This document shows positions 1 through 8,630 of a stretch of DNA of 64,000 bases, piece by piece (positions within the stretch are counted from its first letter, which is position 1; every line of letters begins with the position of its first letter). The stretch is taken from NCBI GenBank assembly GCA_963716725.1, contig CAVQUB010000005.1, forward strand, positions 512,001 through 576,000, read 5' to 3'. The notes below the pieces were generated by a model. It did not search any database. It had not been told where the DNA came from and saw only the letters and a list, made by a program, of their open reading frames with translations. The DNA is from an uncultured delta proteobacterium. GTDB lineage: Bacteria > Myxococcota_A > Polyangia > Polyangiales > Polyangiaceae. The position numbers and the translations under genes are program-made.

Positions 1-558
1 ATCCGTGGCCGCTACCTCTTGGTGGTGGGTCAGAACACGCCCAGCAAGAACCACCGCGCCGTGCTCGAGGCCTTTGCTGCTGCGCGGCTGCCACGCGACG
101 TATCCCTGGTCGTGCTCCAGCGGCTGTACGCCGGGCGCCGGCCGGGAGTGCTCGGCGCCTCACCACTCCACCAGCGCGCGAGGGAGCTTGGGGTCTCCGA
201 GAGGCTGGTCTTGCCCCGCGACCTCTCGGACGATTCCTTGATCGGCGTCCTACAAGGCGCCGAGGCCCTCGTGCAGTTTTCGCGATACGAAGGCTTCGGA
301 ATGCCAGCGCTGGAAGCTCTCGCGTGCGGAACTCCGGTGGTCGCGAGTGACATCGCCCCGCTCGTCGAGGTGCTGGGCGGCGCGGCGCTGGCGGTGCCTC
401 TGCGCGTCGAGGCGTTGGCGCGGGCCCTGGAGCGCGTCACCAGCGACCGAAGCCTCGCGGCCGAGCTCTCGGCGCGAGGACCCGAACGCGCGAGGGAGTT
501 CACCTGGGACCGCTGCGCGCGACTCCACCTCGAGCTTTACCGAGCAGCCGCCCGCTGA
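1..558 (+). CDS. Glycosyltransferase family 4 (GT-B), 5'-truncated by window edge
   Basis: Open from base 1. Contains the GT4 motif SRYEGFGMPALEALACGTPVVASD and C-terminal FTWDRCARLHLELY. Confidence 0.9.
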   Translation: MRGRYLLVVGQNTPSKNHRAVLEAFAAARLPRDVSLVVLQRLYAGRRPGVLGASPLHQRARELGVSERLVLPRDLSDDSLIGVLQGAEALVQFSRYEGFGMPALEALACGTPVVASDIAPLVEVLGGAALAVPLRVEALARALERVTSDRSLAAELSARGPERAREFTWDRCARLHLELYRAAAR

Positions 559-565
559 CGCGCGG

Positions 566-2683
566 TCACTGCGGGACTTGCTGTGTGCAGAAGCCGCCCA
601 GGCATTTGGTCCCAGCGGAGGCGCAGCAGTCGGTGTCCACCACGCACTTGTCGCCCACCTGAGAGCACCCGGTCTTCTCTCCGCAGACCTTCGGAGAGCT
701 CGGATTCCCCGGGTTCTGTGTGACGCAGAAGCCCTCACAACACTCATCGCCGGTCTCGCACGACGCGCCCTTGGGTTTGCAGGGGTCGAGCGCCCAGAAG
801 CCGCGCTCGTTCTTGCTCGCGGTCTGGTTCGGCAAAAAGAAGGGCGGATGGCTGGGGTCTGCCGTGCCGTTGGGCGTGATGGCGGCCACCCAGAGTTGCT
901 TTCGCACCTGGGCGCCTTGGAACATGTTGCCGTACTCGCGGATGCTGGTGAAGACCACCCAGTAGTAACCACCCGCGGGCACAGGCAGCGCGAAAGGCTC
1001 GTAGTTGTGCTCGGCGTCCGCCGGTACATTGCCCGCGTTGGTCTTTGCCAGTTCGACGTGACCACTGTTCGCGATGTCGATCAAGTAGAGGCGACCGTCG
1101 GCGGCGCCGTAGGTCCCACTGGCGTCTCGGCTGGCCAGCATGCCGCCGTGCGCCGGGTCGAACTTCACGCTCTCTTGCAGCACGATCAGGTTCGAGTCGG
1201 GCAAGAAGGTCGAATACTTGGTGATCCGGCCGCTTGCGCCGTTGTCGAGCACGACCTTCCGATTCGTGAAGGTGAGGCTGCCCGCTGGCCCAGCAGTCTC
1301 GTCGATGCTCAGATCCATGATTTGAATCGAGCGAGCGGCGGTGCCAGGTGGGCTCGTCTCGCCGTGACCCTGGGTGAAGGCGTAGCGCTTGCCGTCGTGG
1401 GAGATGGTCGGCAAATAGGCGCTCACGCCCGCGCCGAGCCCGACGACGGTCGCGGGGTCGAGCTTCTTGCCCACCGCGTCCACCTTCCAGGCGAGCTGGT
1501 TCACGCCACCCCAGAAGTCGTTCTTGCTGCGCATCACGTACTTGCCCGTCGGGGTCCAGGTGCCGAACGAGAGGCCGCGAGTGTCCCCTCCCAATCCGGC
1601 CGGTGACTGCGAGACCTGCGAAGCGTTGCCGGCCAGGTCGACCTGATAGACGCCGCTCTCTGCGCTCTGCACGTTGACCTCGGCGCCCGTCGACAGCATC
1701 TGCCCGTAGGCGGCGACGGAGTGGCACACCACGCAGCCCTTCTTGATCTGGGTGGCGGCGCCGATGTTGCCGGGGCGTGCTGCCCACAGGCCCGTGTGCG
1801 GCGCCTCGTAGGTCATGTAGTACACCGCACCTTTGAGCGAGCCCGGAGCGGCGACGATCTGGGTGGAATAGGGGCCGTAGGCCTGGCCGCTGGCAGCCTT
1901 GGTGATCTCGACAGAGAGCTTGCCGCCCGCCGCCGTCGCCAGCGCCGCGTTCCACACCTCTTGAGGCAGCGTGAAGCGCGGTGTGGCGGGGGCCGCGACC
2001 TTGTAATATCCCTCCCAGGTGAAGAGCGGAGCGCTGAGCTTCACCTTGGCGTCCACCGGCGCAACGCTGCCGGCGCTGATCATCAGCAGCGGAGCGACGA
2101 CGCCCTTGGGCATCACCGTCTGATCGTAGGGGTAGAGGAACGTGCTCGCGGTGGGACCGGGATCGGCGCTGGGCGGGCCGCCGAGGGCGGCCTTGTTCGC
2201 GGCGTCGAGGTTGGGATCGACGTCCTCGCTGAGCTTGACCTCGATGGTGAGATCCGCGGTCGCCGTCTTGCCGCCATACGATGCGATGACCTTGACCTTG
2301 CCCGCCATGATCCCGGTCGAGGTCGCGATGCCTTGAGCATCTACGCTCGCGATGTCGTAGGTCGAAAGGGTCCAGGTCGCGGCCACCTGACCGGCGCCCG
2401 CCATGGCCTTGAACGGTTGACTCTGCGGACTGCTCTTGCCCGTGATCGTCAACGTCGCCGTCGCTGGCTCGACCTTCAGATCGCCCGCGGAGCTGTCGAT
2501 GTTGATGCCACCTCCGGTGCCGCCACCGCCCGTGCCGCTGTCGTTCTTGCCGCCGCCGCCGCCCCCGGCGCCGGCGTTCGAGACGGTTCCGCCGTCGTCA
2601 CCGCCGCAGCCCGCGAAGCCCGCGAGCGTGCACGCGACCACCAACAGCCAGAGCATGCCCCAACGCCGGATCGTTTTGCCCAT
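566..2683 (-). CDS. Lipoprotein with Gly-rich linker, Ig-like domain, TolB-like beta-propeller and Cys-rich C-terminal repeats
   Basis: Lipobox FAGC, GGGG linker, PTISHDGKRYAF and YYWVVFTSIREYG propeller-like segments, CETGDECCEGFC repeats. Confidence 0.8.
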   Translation of the reverse strand: MGKTIRRWGMLWLLVVACTLAGFAGCGGDDGGTVSNAGAGGGGGGKNDSGTGGGGTGGGINIDSSAGDLKVEPATATLTITGKSSPQSQPFKAMAGAGQVAATWTLSTYDIASVDAQGIATSTGIMAGKVKVIASYGGKTATADLTIEVKLSEDVDPNLDAANKAALGGPPSADPGPTASTFLYPYDQTVMPKGVVAPLLMISAGSVAPVDAKVKLSAPLFTWEGYYKVAAPATPRFTLPQEVWNAALATAAGGKLSVEITKAASGQAYGPYSTQIVAAPGSLKGAVYYMTYEAPHTGLWAARPGNIGAATQIKKGCVVCHSVAAYGQMLSTGAEVNVQSAESGVYQVDLAGNASQVSQSPAGLGGDTRGLSFGTWTPTGKYVMRSKNDFWGGVNQLAWKVDAVGKKLDPATVVGLGAGVSAYLPTISHDGKRYAFTQGHGETSPPGTAARSIQIMDLSIDETAGPAGSLTFTNRKVVLDNGASGRITKYSTFLPDSNLIVLQESVKFDPAHGGMLASRDASGTYGAADGRLYLIDIANSGHVELAKTNAGNVPADAEHNYEPFALPVPAGGYYWVVFTSIREYGNMFQGAQVRKQLWVAAITPNGTADPSHPPFFLPNQTASKNERGFWALDPCKPKGASCETGDECCEGFCVTQNPGNPSSPKVCGEKTGCSQVGDKCVVDTDCCASAGTKCLGGFCTQQVPQ

Positions 2684-2860
2684 CTCAGGAGTATAGGCTG
2701 GCGCACCCAGTGAGCCGAGCTGTTACAATGACGCTGTGCTTTTGAAGTCGGGTCGGGGCCTCGGCGATTGCCAGCCGCCACGCTGATCGCCTGCCCGGTC
2801 GTGGCGCCCGCGGGGGCAGGCACTGGGGCGGCGGTCATGCTCGCGGCGGGGGAGCGGACC

Positions 2861-4093
2861 TCAAGACGACGACGGCGCCGACGCGCCGCCCTCGGAGAGT
2901 CGTGCACGCAGGCTCAGGTTCTCCCAAGAGCGAGAGACGAGCAGCAAATCTTCCCGACTCTTCTTCTTGGGCGTGCACAGCGGCGCGAGCCGGTCGAAGA
3001 AAGCGTCCGGGTCGATGATCGCCTCCGGCGCAAACACCCCGCGCGGCACGTCGCCGTCCGGTCGCACGGCTGCCAGCCCCACCGCGAGTGGGACGCCCGT
3101 GGCTCCGCCCATGCCGACCGCCGGCGCCGACATGATCGACGCCGCGACGCTCTCGCGCCGCCCGTTGCGCCGGCCGTTGACCACCGCGAATAGCGGCGGC
3201 AGCGTGCGCTGTCGCCCGCTCAGGAGCTCACGGAGATAGTCTTCGGGGGTCTTGACCGGTTTGCCGACGCCCTCGGCCCACTCGATGAAGCCCGCGGCGC
3301 GCTCGACCGAGAGCCAGCCGGCATCGACCAGTCGGGCCAGGACGCGCATCACCGTCATGTTGGTCCGCGACATGGTCATGAGCACCAGGCAGCGCGAGAG
3401 CTCGGGGTAAGACGCCGGAAAGGTGATCGCCTCAGGGTGGCCCATGGTGAACGCTTCGCAGCGGCCGAGGCCCGGATACTCGAAGCTGACCCGACGCAGG
3501 GGCGGTTCGTCCACCACTTTGCCGCCGTCGAACACGCGGATCGTGCCGGTGAGCTGGTGCACGCCGTGGATCGTGGCAGCGCAGGGCTTCTCGCCTCGGC
3601 TCTCGGGCATCGCGGCGTCGAGGTCGAAGCCCGCGTAGACCTCGTCGACCTGGTCCAGCTCGCGCATGGCCGTGACCGCCAACAAGTTCGAGATCCCCGG
3701 GCTCGCACCCATGCCGATCACGGCAGTGATGCCAACGGCACGGGCGTCCGAGTTCAGGGCCATCATCGCCTCGGTCGACTCCCAGTCGTCGTTGATGTCG
3801 AGGTAGTGGCACTTCGCGGCGATGGCAGCGCGGAGGACGGGCGGACCCAGTCGAAAGAAGGGCCCGACCGAGTTGAGCACGGCGTGGGCGCCTTCGAAGG
3901 CCGTCGCCAGCGACGACGCGTCCGTCACGTCGACTCGCATCGAGCGTGCCTTCGACCCGATCGACTCAGCGAGCCGGCTCGCCGCGCTCTGGTCGAGGTC
4001 AGCGATGATCAGCTCATCGACGAAGTCGAAACCAGCGGCGGTCTTGGCTGCGTAACGGCCCATGCCGCCCGCGCCCAATGCGACGACCCTCAT
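2861..4093 (-). CDS. Saccharopine dehydrogenase-like NAD(P)-dependent oxidoreductase
   Basis: Rossmann start MRVVALGAGGMG, plus NSVGPF, HYLDINDD, GMGASPGISNLL and HPEAITFP. Start moved to ATG 4093. Confidence 0.85.
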   Translation of the reverse strand: MRVVALGAGGMGRYAAKTAAGFDFVDELIIADLDQSAASRLAESIGSKARSMRVDVTDASSLATAFEGAHAVLNSVGPFFRLGPPVLRAAIAAKCHYLDINDDWESTEAMMALNSDARAVGITAVIGMGASPGISNLLAVTAMRELDQVDEVYAGFDLDAAMPESRGEKPCAATIHGVHQLTGTIRVFDGGKVVDEPPLRRVSFEYPGLGRCEAFTMGHPEAITFPASYPELSRCLVLMTMSRTNMTVMRVLARLVDAGWLSVERAAGFIEWAEGVGKPVKTPEDYLRELLSGRQRTLPPLFAVVNGRRNGRRESVAASIMSAPAVGMGGATGVPLAVGLAAVRPDGDVPRGVFAPEAIIDPDAFFDRLAPLCTPKKKSREDLLLVSRSWENLSLRARLSEGGASAPSSS

Positions 4094-4148
4094 GAACACA
4101 CAAACTACCACGGTCACCCGCGGGCGGGGAGAAGGGTGCGGCGCGCCC

Positions 4149-4736
4149 TCAGTGAGTGACTTCGACCTCGGGCTTGTAGCTGGTGCCAAACATCACCCAA
4201 CCCACCGGCGTGATGGTCAGGCCGCCCAGCAGCAGCACCAAGCCGCCGCTCACCCGGGCGCGATCCGATGCCGAGCGTTCGCACTCGGGTCCACAGGACA
4301 GCGCGACGCCAAGACCCACGATGGTGATGACGGGCCCCACGATGCCCATGATCAGTCCGGCGGTGCGGTGCATTTGGGTGTCGGGATCCACGCTCACCTG
4401 CGCCGGACCGCGCGTCTCGAAGACCCGACGACCCGCCACAGTCTCCGAGCCCTCGCTCACGTGGATTTGGTAACGACCGGGCCACAGCGGCACGCGGCAG
4501 GGAGGCGAAGCGCAGTAGACTAGCGGAGCGTCGCGCGCAGGATTGGCCCGCTCCGGGAACACGCTGAGTGACACTCCGGGCTCGGTGCTGAACAGCTCGA
4601 CCGGCGGCGGGAGGGCGAGTTGCGGCGGCGGTGGCCAGCCCCAGCCCGGTGGCGGCGCGGCCGCGGGGCCCTCGGCTCGTGCTCTCGACGGCCAAGTGAA
4701 CACCAAGACCAACGCCGCGCAGAGGGCCGACCGCAT
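4149..4736 (-). CDS. Exported protein with PEGA-like beta domain and two Gly-rich hydrophobic segments
   Basis: Signal peptide ending ARA, Pro-rich linker, PGRYQIHV, and two hydrophobic helices separated by a CGPEC loop. Confidence 0.65.
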   Translation of the reverse strand: MRSALCAALVLVFTWPSRARAEGPAAAPPPGWGWPPPPQLALPPPVELFSTEPGVSLSVFPERANPARDAPLVYCASPPCRVPLWPGRYQIHVSEGSETVAGRRVFETRGPAQVSVDPDTQMHRTAGLIMGIVGPVITIVGLGVALSCGPECERSASDRARVSGGLVLLLGGLTITPVGWVMFGTSYKPEVEVTH

Positions 4737-4770
4737 GTGGTCGTCAGACTAGCACCAGTGGCCGCCGGGA

Positions 4771-5070
4771 TCAGATCTCCGAAAACTCGAAGCTCTGCGC
4801 GAGCAGTTCATCGATGGCGTTGAAGTCGTCGATGGCGACCGGGTGCAGTGACGCGCGGTATTCATCCGAGCCGTCACCGAGCCCGGACAAGGTGCGCGTG
4901 CGTTGTCGTCGCCGCGTGGAGGGCGGCGGCGGAATCGACGAATCCGTCTCGGCATCACGGACGATTACCGCGGGCTCGCGCTCGAGATCGGGGATCAGCG
5001 GCAGCGAGTGGGCATGATTTCTGGCGTTCACTGTGCGTCCGGCATCGCGCACCCTCGGCCTTTTGGCCAA
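4771..5070 (-). CDS. Possible small hypothetical protein
   Basis: ORF fills the gap between two minus-strand genes. No recognisable motif and the start is uncertain. Confidence 0.35.
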   Translation of the reverse strand: MAKRPRVRDAGRTVNARNHAHSLPLIPDLEREPAVIVRDAETDSSIPPPPSTRRRQRTRTLSGLGDGSDEYRASLHPVAIDDFNAIDELLAQSFEFSEI

Positions 5071-5106
5071 GAAAGCTGCGCCGCAGGCCCCGCCGACGCC
5101 GCTGGC

Positions 5107-6447
5107 TCACTGGATCGTCGAGTTGGTCACCGTGGGCGCGGTCTTGGCGAGCACGAAGATCCCGGGAAAGCCCTGGGTCTCGAACTTCCCGCTCTTGTTG
5201 TTACTCAAGAACGAGTCCTTGATCACCAGCGAGCCGCTCTTGTCATTGCTGACGAAGAAGATGGCGCCGCCGCCTTCGTTGGCCGTGTTGTCGACGATCT
5301 TCGTGCCGCAGAGCGTGAGCGTGAAGGTGTTTCCGTCGTTGTAGATGGCGCCGCCGCTGCCTCCCCCGGGCGTGCCGGCCTTGGCCGGGTTGGCGCCGTT
5401 GCCGACGGCTTTGTTGTGGGAAAATAGGCTGTTGATCACCGTGTACGACACCCCGATGCTCGACAGGCCCGCGCCGTTGGAGCAGGTGTTGCCGTAGCCC
5501 GGGGCGCCGCCGAAGGTGCTATTCACCACGTACGCGGGCTTGCCGTCGAACTGACTCAGGACGCGGACCGACGCGCCGCCGAGATCCGGGCCCACGTCGT
5601 CGCACACGTTGCCGAAGAAGCGTGAGTTGATGATCTTGACGCGCCCACCGCGCACGAACACCGCGCCGCCGCCGCCGCCGTCTTTCGTCTCACCCTTCGA
5701 ATTGCCGTCGATGAAGCTCAGGTTCTGCAGGCTCAGCTGAGGGTGGTCCTGGTTCTGACAATGCGACGTCGTCCACTTCTGCGCTTGGTCGCAGGTGTTC
5801 TGATACAGGATGCGCACCTTGCCGCCGCCAGAGAGCGTGACCTTGCCACCTCCGTCGATGACAATCTTGGGGCCCTTGTCGTTGAAGATCTTCGCAGTCT
5901 TGTCCAAGGTGATGGTGACCGGGTTCGGTCCGCAGCTGAAGGTGATGACGCCGCCCTTCGCCACCGCGTCGACGAAGGCTTGGGAGGTGCAGCTGGCTGG
6001 AGTTCCGGCGCCCACGACTGTCGTCGGTGCAGCAACGCTCTCGAGGTTGGCGTCGGCGGGCAAGGGATCGGAGCACTTGCCGTCGGGGTTGCCTGCGGGC
6101 GGCCCGCCACCGGAGCTCGACCCGCCGGTGCCGCCGCTGCTGGCGCCGCCGGTCGAAGCCCCACCGCTGCTGGCGCCGCCGGTCGAAGCCCCACCGCTGC
6201 TGGCGCCGCCGGTCGAAGCCCCACCGCTGCTGGCGCCGCCGCTGCTGCTGCCGCCGCTGCCGGAAGCGCCCGCCGTGCCGCCGCTGCTGGTGCCACCAGT
6301 GCTGGCCCCGCCACTCGAGGTGCCGCCGGACGAAGCTCCCCCGCTGCTGGCGCCGCCCGTGCCGTCGTCACCGCCGTCGTCACCGCTGCAGCCGCCCGCC
6401 ACCGCACAAGTCGTGAGCACGCCGAGAATTGCCCAAGCGGTTCGCAT
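5107..6447 (-). CDS. Lipoprotein with long Gly/Ser/Thr linker and probable right-handed beta-helix (pectin lyase-like) domain
   Basis: Lipobox AGGC, GGASSGGAST linker, repeated GGAVFV/GGAIYN/GGAIFF and NSxFxxN beta-helix motifs, upstream GGAGG. Confidence 0.8.
   Translation of the reverse strand: MRTAWAILGVLTTCAVAGGCSGDDGGDDGTGGASSGGASSGGTSSGGASTGGTSSGGTAGASGSGGSSSGGASSGGASTGGASSGGASTGGASSGGASTGGASSGGTGGSSSGGGPPAGNPDGKCSDPLPADANLESVAAPTTVVGAGTPASCTSQAFVDAVAKGGVITFSCGPNPVTITLDKTAKIFNDKGPKIVIDGGGKVTLSGGGKVRILYQNTCDQAQKWTTSHCQNQDHPQLSLQNLSFIDGNSKGETKDGGGGGAVFVRGGRVKIINSRFFGNVCDDVGPDLGGASVRVLSQFDGKPAYVVNSTFGGAPGYGNTCSNGAGLSSIGVSYTVINSLFSHNKAVGNGANPAKAGTPGGGSGGAIYNDGNTFTLTLCGTKIVDNTANEGGGAIFFVSNDKSGSLVIKDSFLSNNKSGKFETQGFPGIFVLAKTAPTVTNSTIQ
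6134..6241. repeat. 30-bp tandem repeat, three perfect copies plus a partial, encoding GGASSGGAST
   Basis: Unit CCGCTGCTGGCGCCGCCGGTCGAAGCCCCA read directly. Confidence 0.9.
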
Positions 6448-6565
6448 GATGGACCTCCAGCGCCGAGTATCTCACGGCTCGTGCCGGCGTGTCGCTTCTC
6501 GAATCGCGGAGCGCTCGCGACCCCTCAGTCAAGCGCCGCCGGGGACCGAGAAGTGCCGCCCGCGC

Positions 6566-7957
6566 TCAGCGGAGCAGCTCGCCCGTCAGCGCGCGCTTCA
6601 CGAAGCGTCCGCCGCCGCGGGTCCGTTGTTTGCCCTTCTCGACGATCACGCGCCCGCGCGAGAGCACCGTCTCCGGGTAGCCTTGGACCTCGAAGCCTTC
6701 ATATGCGCTGTAGTCCACTTTCATGTGGTGGGTCTCGGGGTTGTTCACGCTGATCGTGACGCGCTTGCCGGGATCGAAGACCACAATGTCGGCGTCGCTG
6801 CCGATCGCGACGGTGCCCTTCTTCGGGAACATGCCGAAGGTGCGCGCGGCTGCCGTCGAGCTGATCTCGACGAATCGGTTCAGGTCGTAGTGACCCTTCA
6901 GAACGCCCTGATAGAGCAGCGTCATTCGGTTCTCGACGCCCGGCGCGCCGTTCGGGATCTTGGTGAAGCTCTCGCGTCCGAGCTCCTTCTGGCCTTTGAA
7001 GCAGAAGGGGCAGTGGTCGGTGGCGACCAACGCCAGGTGGCCCATGCGTAGGCCCTGCCAGAGCACGGCTTGGTTCGACTTGTCGCGCAGCGCCGGGGTC
7101 ATCACCCACTTAGCACCCTCGAAATCGGGTTTCTCGTAGTAGCTGTCGTCGAGGAAGAGGTACTGCGGGCAGGTCTCTGCTTGCACGTCGACGCCGCGCA
7201 TGCGACCGAGCTTCACCTGTTCGAGGGCGTCGGCGCAGGACAGGTGCACGATGTGCAACGGGACGTCCGCGACCTCGGCGATGGCGATGGCGCGATGCAC
7301 GCCCTCGGCCTCCATCCTCGTGGGGCGGGTGATGGCGTGGTACTTCGGCTCGATCTTGCCGTCTTTGACCGCGCCCTTGATGATCTCGTCGATCACGATG
7401 CCGTTTTCGGCGTGCATGCAGATGCGGGTCTTGTTCTCGCCCGCCTGGCGGAAGGTTCGATACAGCGTGCCGTCGTCCACGTAGAGCACGCCGGGGTACG
7501 CCATGAACAGCTTGTACGAAGTGACGCCCGCATCCGCGAGCGTGCGCAGTTCGGGCAGGCGCTCGTCGGGCATGTCGGTGACGATCATGTGGAACGCGTA
7601 GTCGATGGTGGCCTTGCCCTCGGCCTTGGCGTGCCAGGTGTCGAGCCCCTTCAGGGTGCTCTCGCCTTTGGTCTGGATCGCGAAATCGACCAGGCTGGTG
7701 GTGCCGCCGAAGGCCGCGGCGATGGTGCCGCTCTCGAAGTCGTCGGCGCTGTTGGTCCCGCCGAAAGGCATGTCGAGGTGGGTGTGTGGATCGATGCCGC
7801 CGGGGATCACGAGCTTGCCCGTGGCGTCGATGACTTCGTCGGCTCGCACCGAGAGATCCTTGCCGATGGTGTGAACCTTCTCGCCCTCGATGAAGACATC
7901 CGCGACGTAGTCGTCAGCGGCAGTCACCACCCGTCCGCCCTTGATCAGAATGCTCAT
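6566..7957 (-). CDS. hydA: Dihydropyrimidinase (D-hydantoinase)
   Basis: Amidohydrolase motifs PGGIDPHTHLDMPFGG, SYKLFMAY, MHAENG, IVHLSC, ETCPQYL and ATDHCPF. Confidence 0.93.
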   Translation of the reverse strand: MSILIKGGRVVTAADDYVADVFIEGEKVHTIGKDLSVRADEVIDATGKLVIPGGIDPHTHLDMPFGGTNSADDFESGTIAAAFGGTTSLVDFAIQTKGESTLKGLDTWHAKAEGKATIDYAFHMIVTDMPDERLPELRTLADAGVTSYKLFMAYPGVLYVDDGTLYRTFRQAGENKTRICMHAENGIVIDEIIKGAVKDGKIEPKYHAITRPTRMEAEGVHRAIAIAEVADVPLHIVHLSCADALEQVKLGRMRGVDVQAETCPQYLFLDDSYYEKPDFEGAKWVMTPALRDKSNQAVLWQGLRMGHLALVATDHCPFCFKGQKELGRESFTKIPNGAPGVENRMTLLYQGVLKGHYDLNRFVEISSTAAARTFGMFPKKGTVAIGSDADIVVFDPGKRVTISVNNPETHHMKVDYSAYEGFEVQGYPETVLSRGRVIVEKGKQRTRGGGRFVKRALTGELLR

Positions 7958-7991
7958 GGCTCCGTCTCCCAAGATCGAATGTTAGACCACG

Positions 7992-8534
7992 TCAGTCAGC
8001 TCCGGCGTCGGCCGGGGCGCCAGCTGCGCCTCCCGTGCCGCCACCGCTGCCAGCTGCGCCTCCCGTGCTGCCACCGCTGCCAGCCGTGCCGCCGCTGCCC
8101 GCGCCGCCGCCGGTGCCGCCGGTGCCGCCGCTGCCCGTCGGCCCACAGCCGTGAATTGCCTGCGCATTCGGCAGGTTGATCAGCGTGACGCTCGCGCACT
8201 GAGCGCCGTTGGCGCAGGTATTGTCCTTCGCGCAGAAGGGCTCACAGGTTCCGGCGGCGCTGCCGGACTGACCTGGGAAGCACATGAGTCCCGCGTTGCA
8301 CTGCGCTGAGCCGACCATGTTCTGGCAGGTCGCACCTTGCGCTTTGTCGGTGGTGGCGGTCAGGCAGGAGTAGCTGCCGTTGGCATCCGCCAGCCAGCAG
8401 GTCTTGTCGGCCGGACAGCTCAGCGGATCGGTGGCGCACGACGTCGTGGAGTTCCCCTTTTCGTCGTCGCTGCTGCTGCAAGCGACCAGACTCGACCCGA
8501 CCGCGACGACCCAAAGCAATGCTCGAATGCGCAT
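7992..8534 (-). CDS. Cys-rich lipoprotein with C-terminal Gly-rich tail
   Basis: MRIRALLWVVAVGSSLVAC lipobox, multiple Cys, upstream GGAGG. Confidence 0.75.
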   Translation of the reverse strand: MRIRALLWVVAVGSSLVACSSSDDEKGNSTTSCATDPLSCPADKTCWLADANGSYSCLTATTDKAQGATCQNMVGSAQCNAGLMCFPGQSGSAAGTCEPFCAKDNTCANGAQCASVTLINLPNAQAIHGCGPTGSGGTGGTGGGAGSGGTAGSGGSTGGAAGSGGGTGGAAGAPADAGAD

Positions 8535-8630
8535 GTGAACCTCCGAAATGCGGACCAGAACCTCGCACGGCGTGTGCGACGCCGCAACACGGGCGGGAAG
8601 CCGCGAGTCCTGGTAAACGTACGAGGAGCG

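Noticed and set aside
6471..6486. Sigma54-like CGGCACGAGCCGTGAG upstream of the beta-helix lipoprotein gene
   Set aside because: The -12 element lacks the conserved GC.
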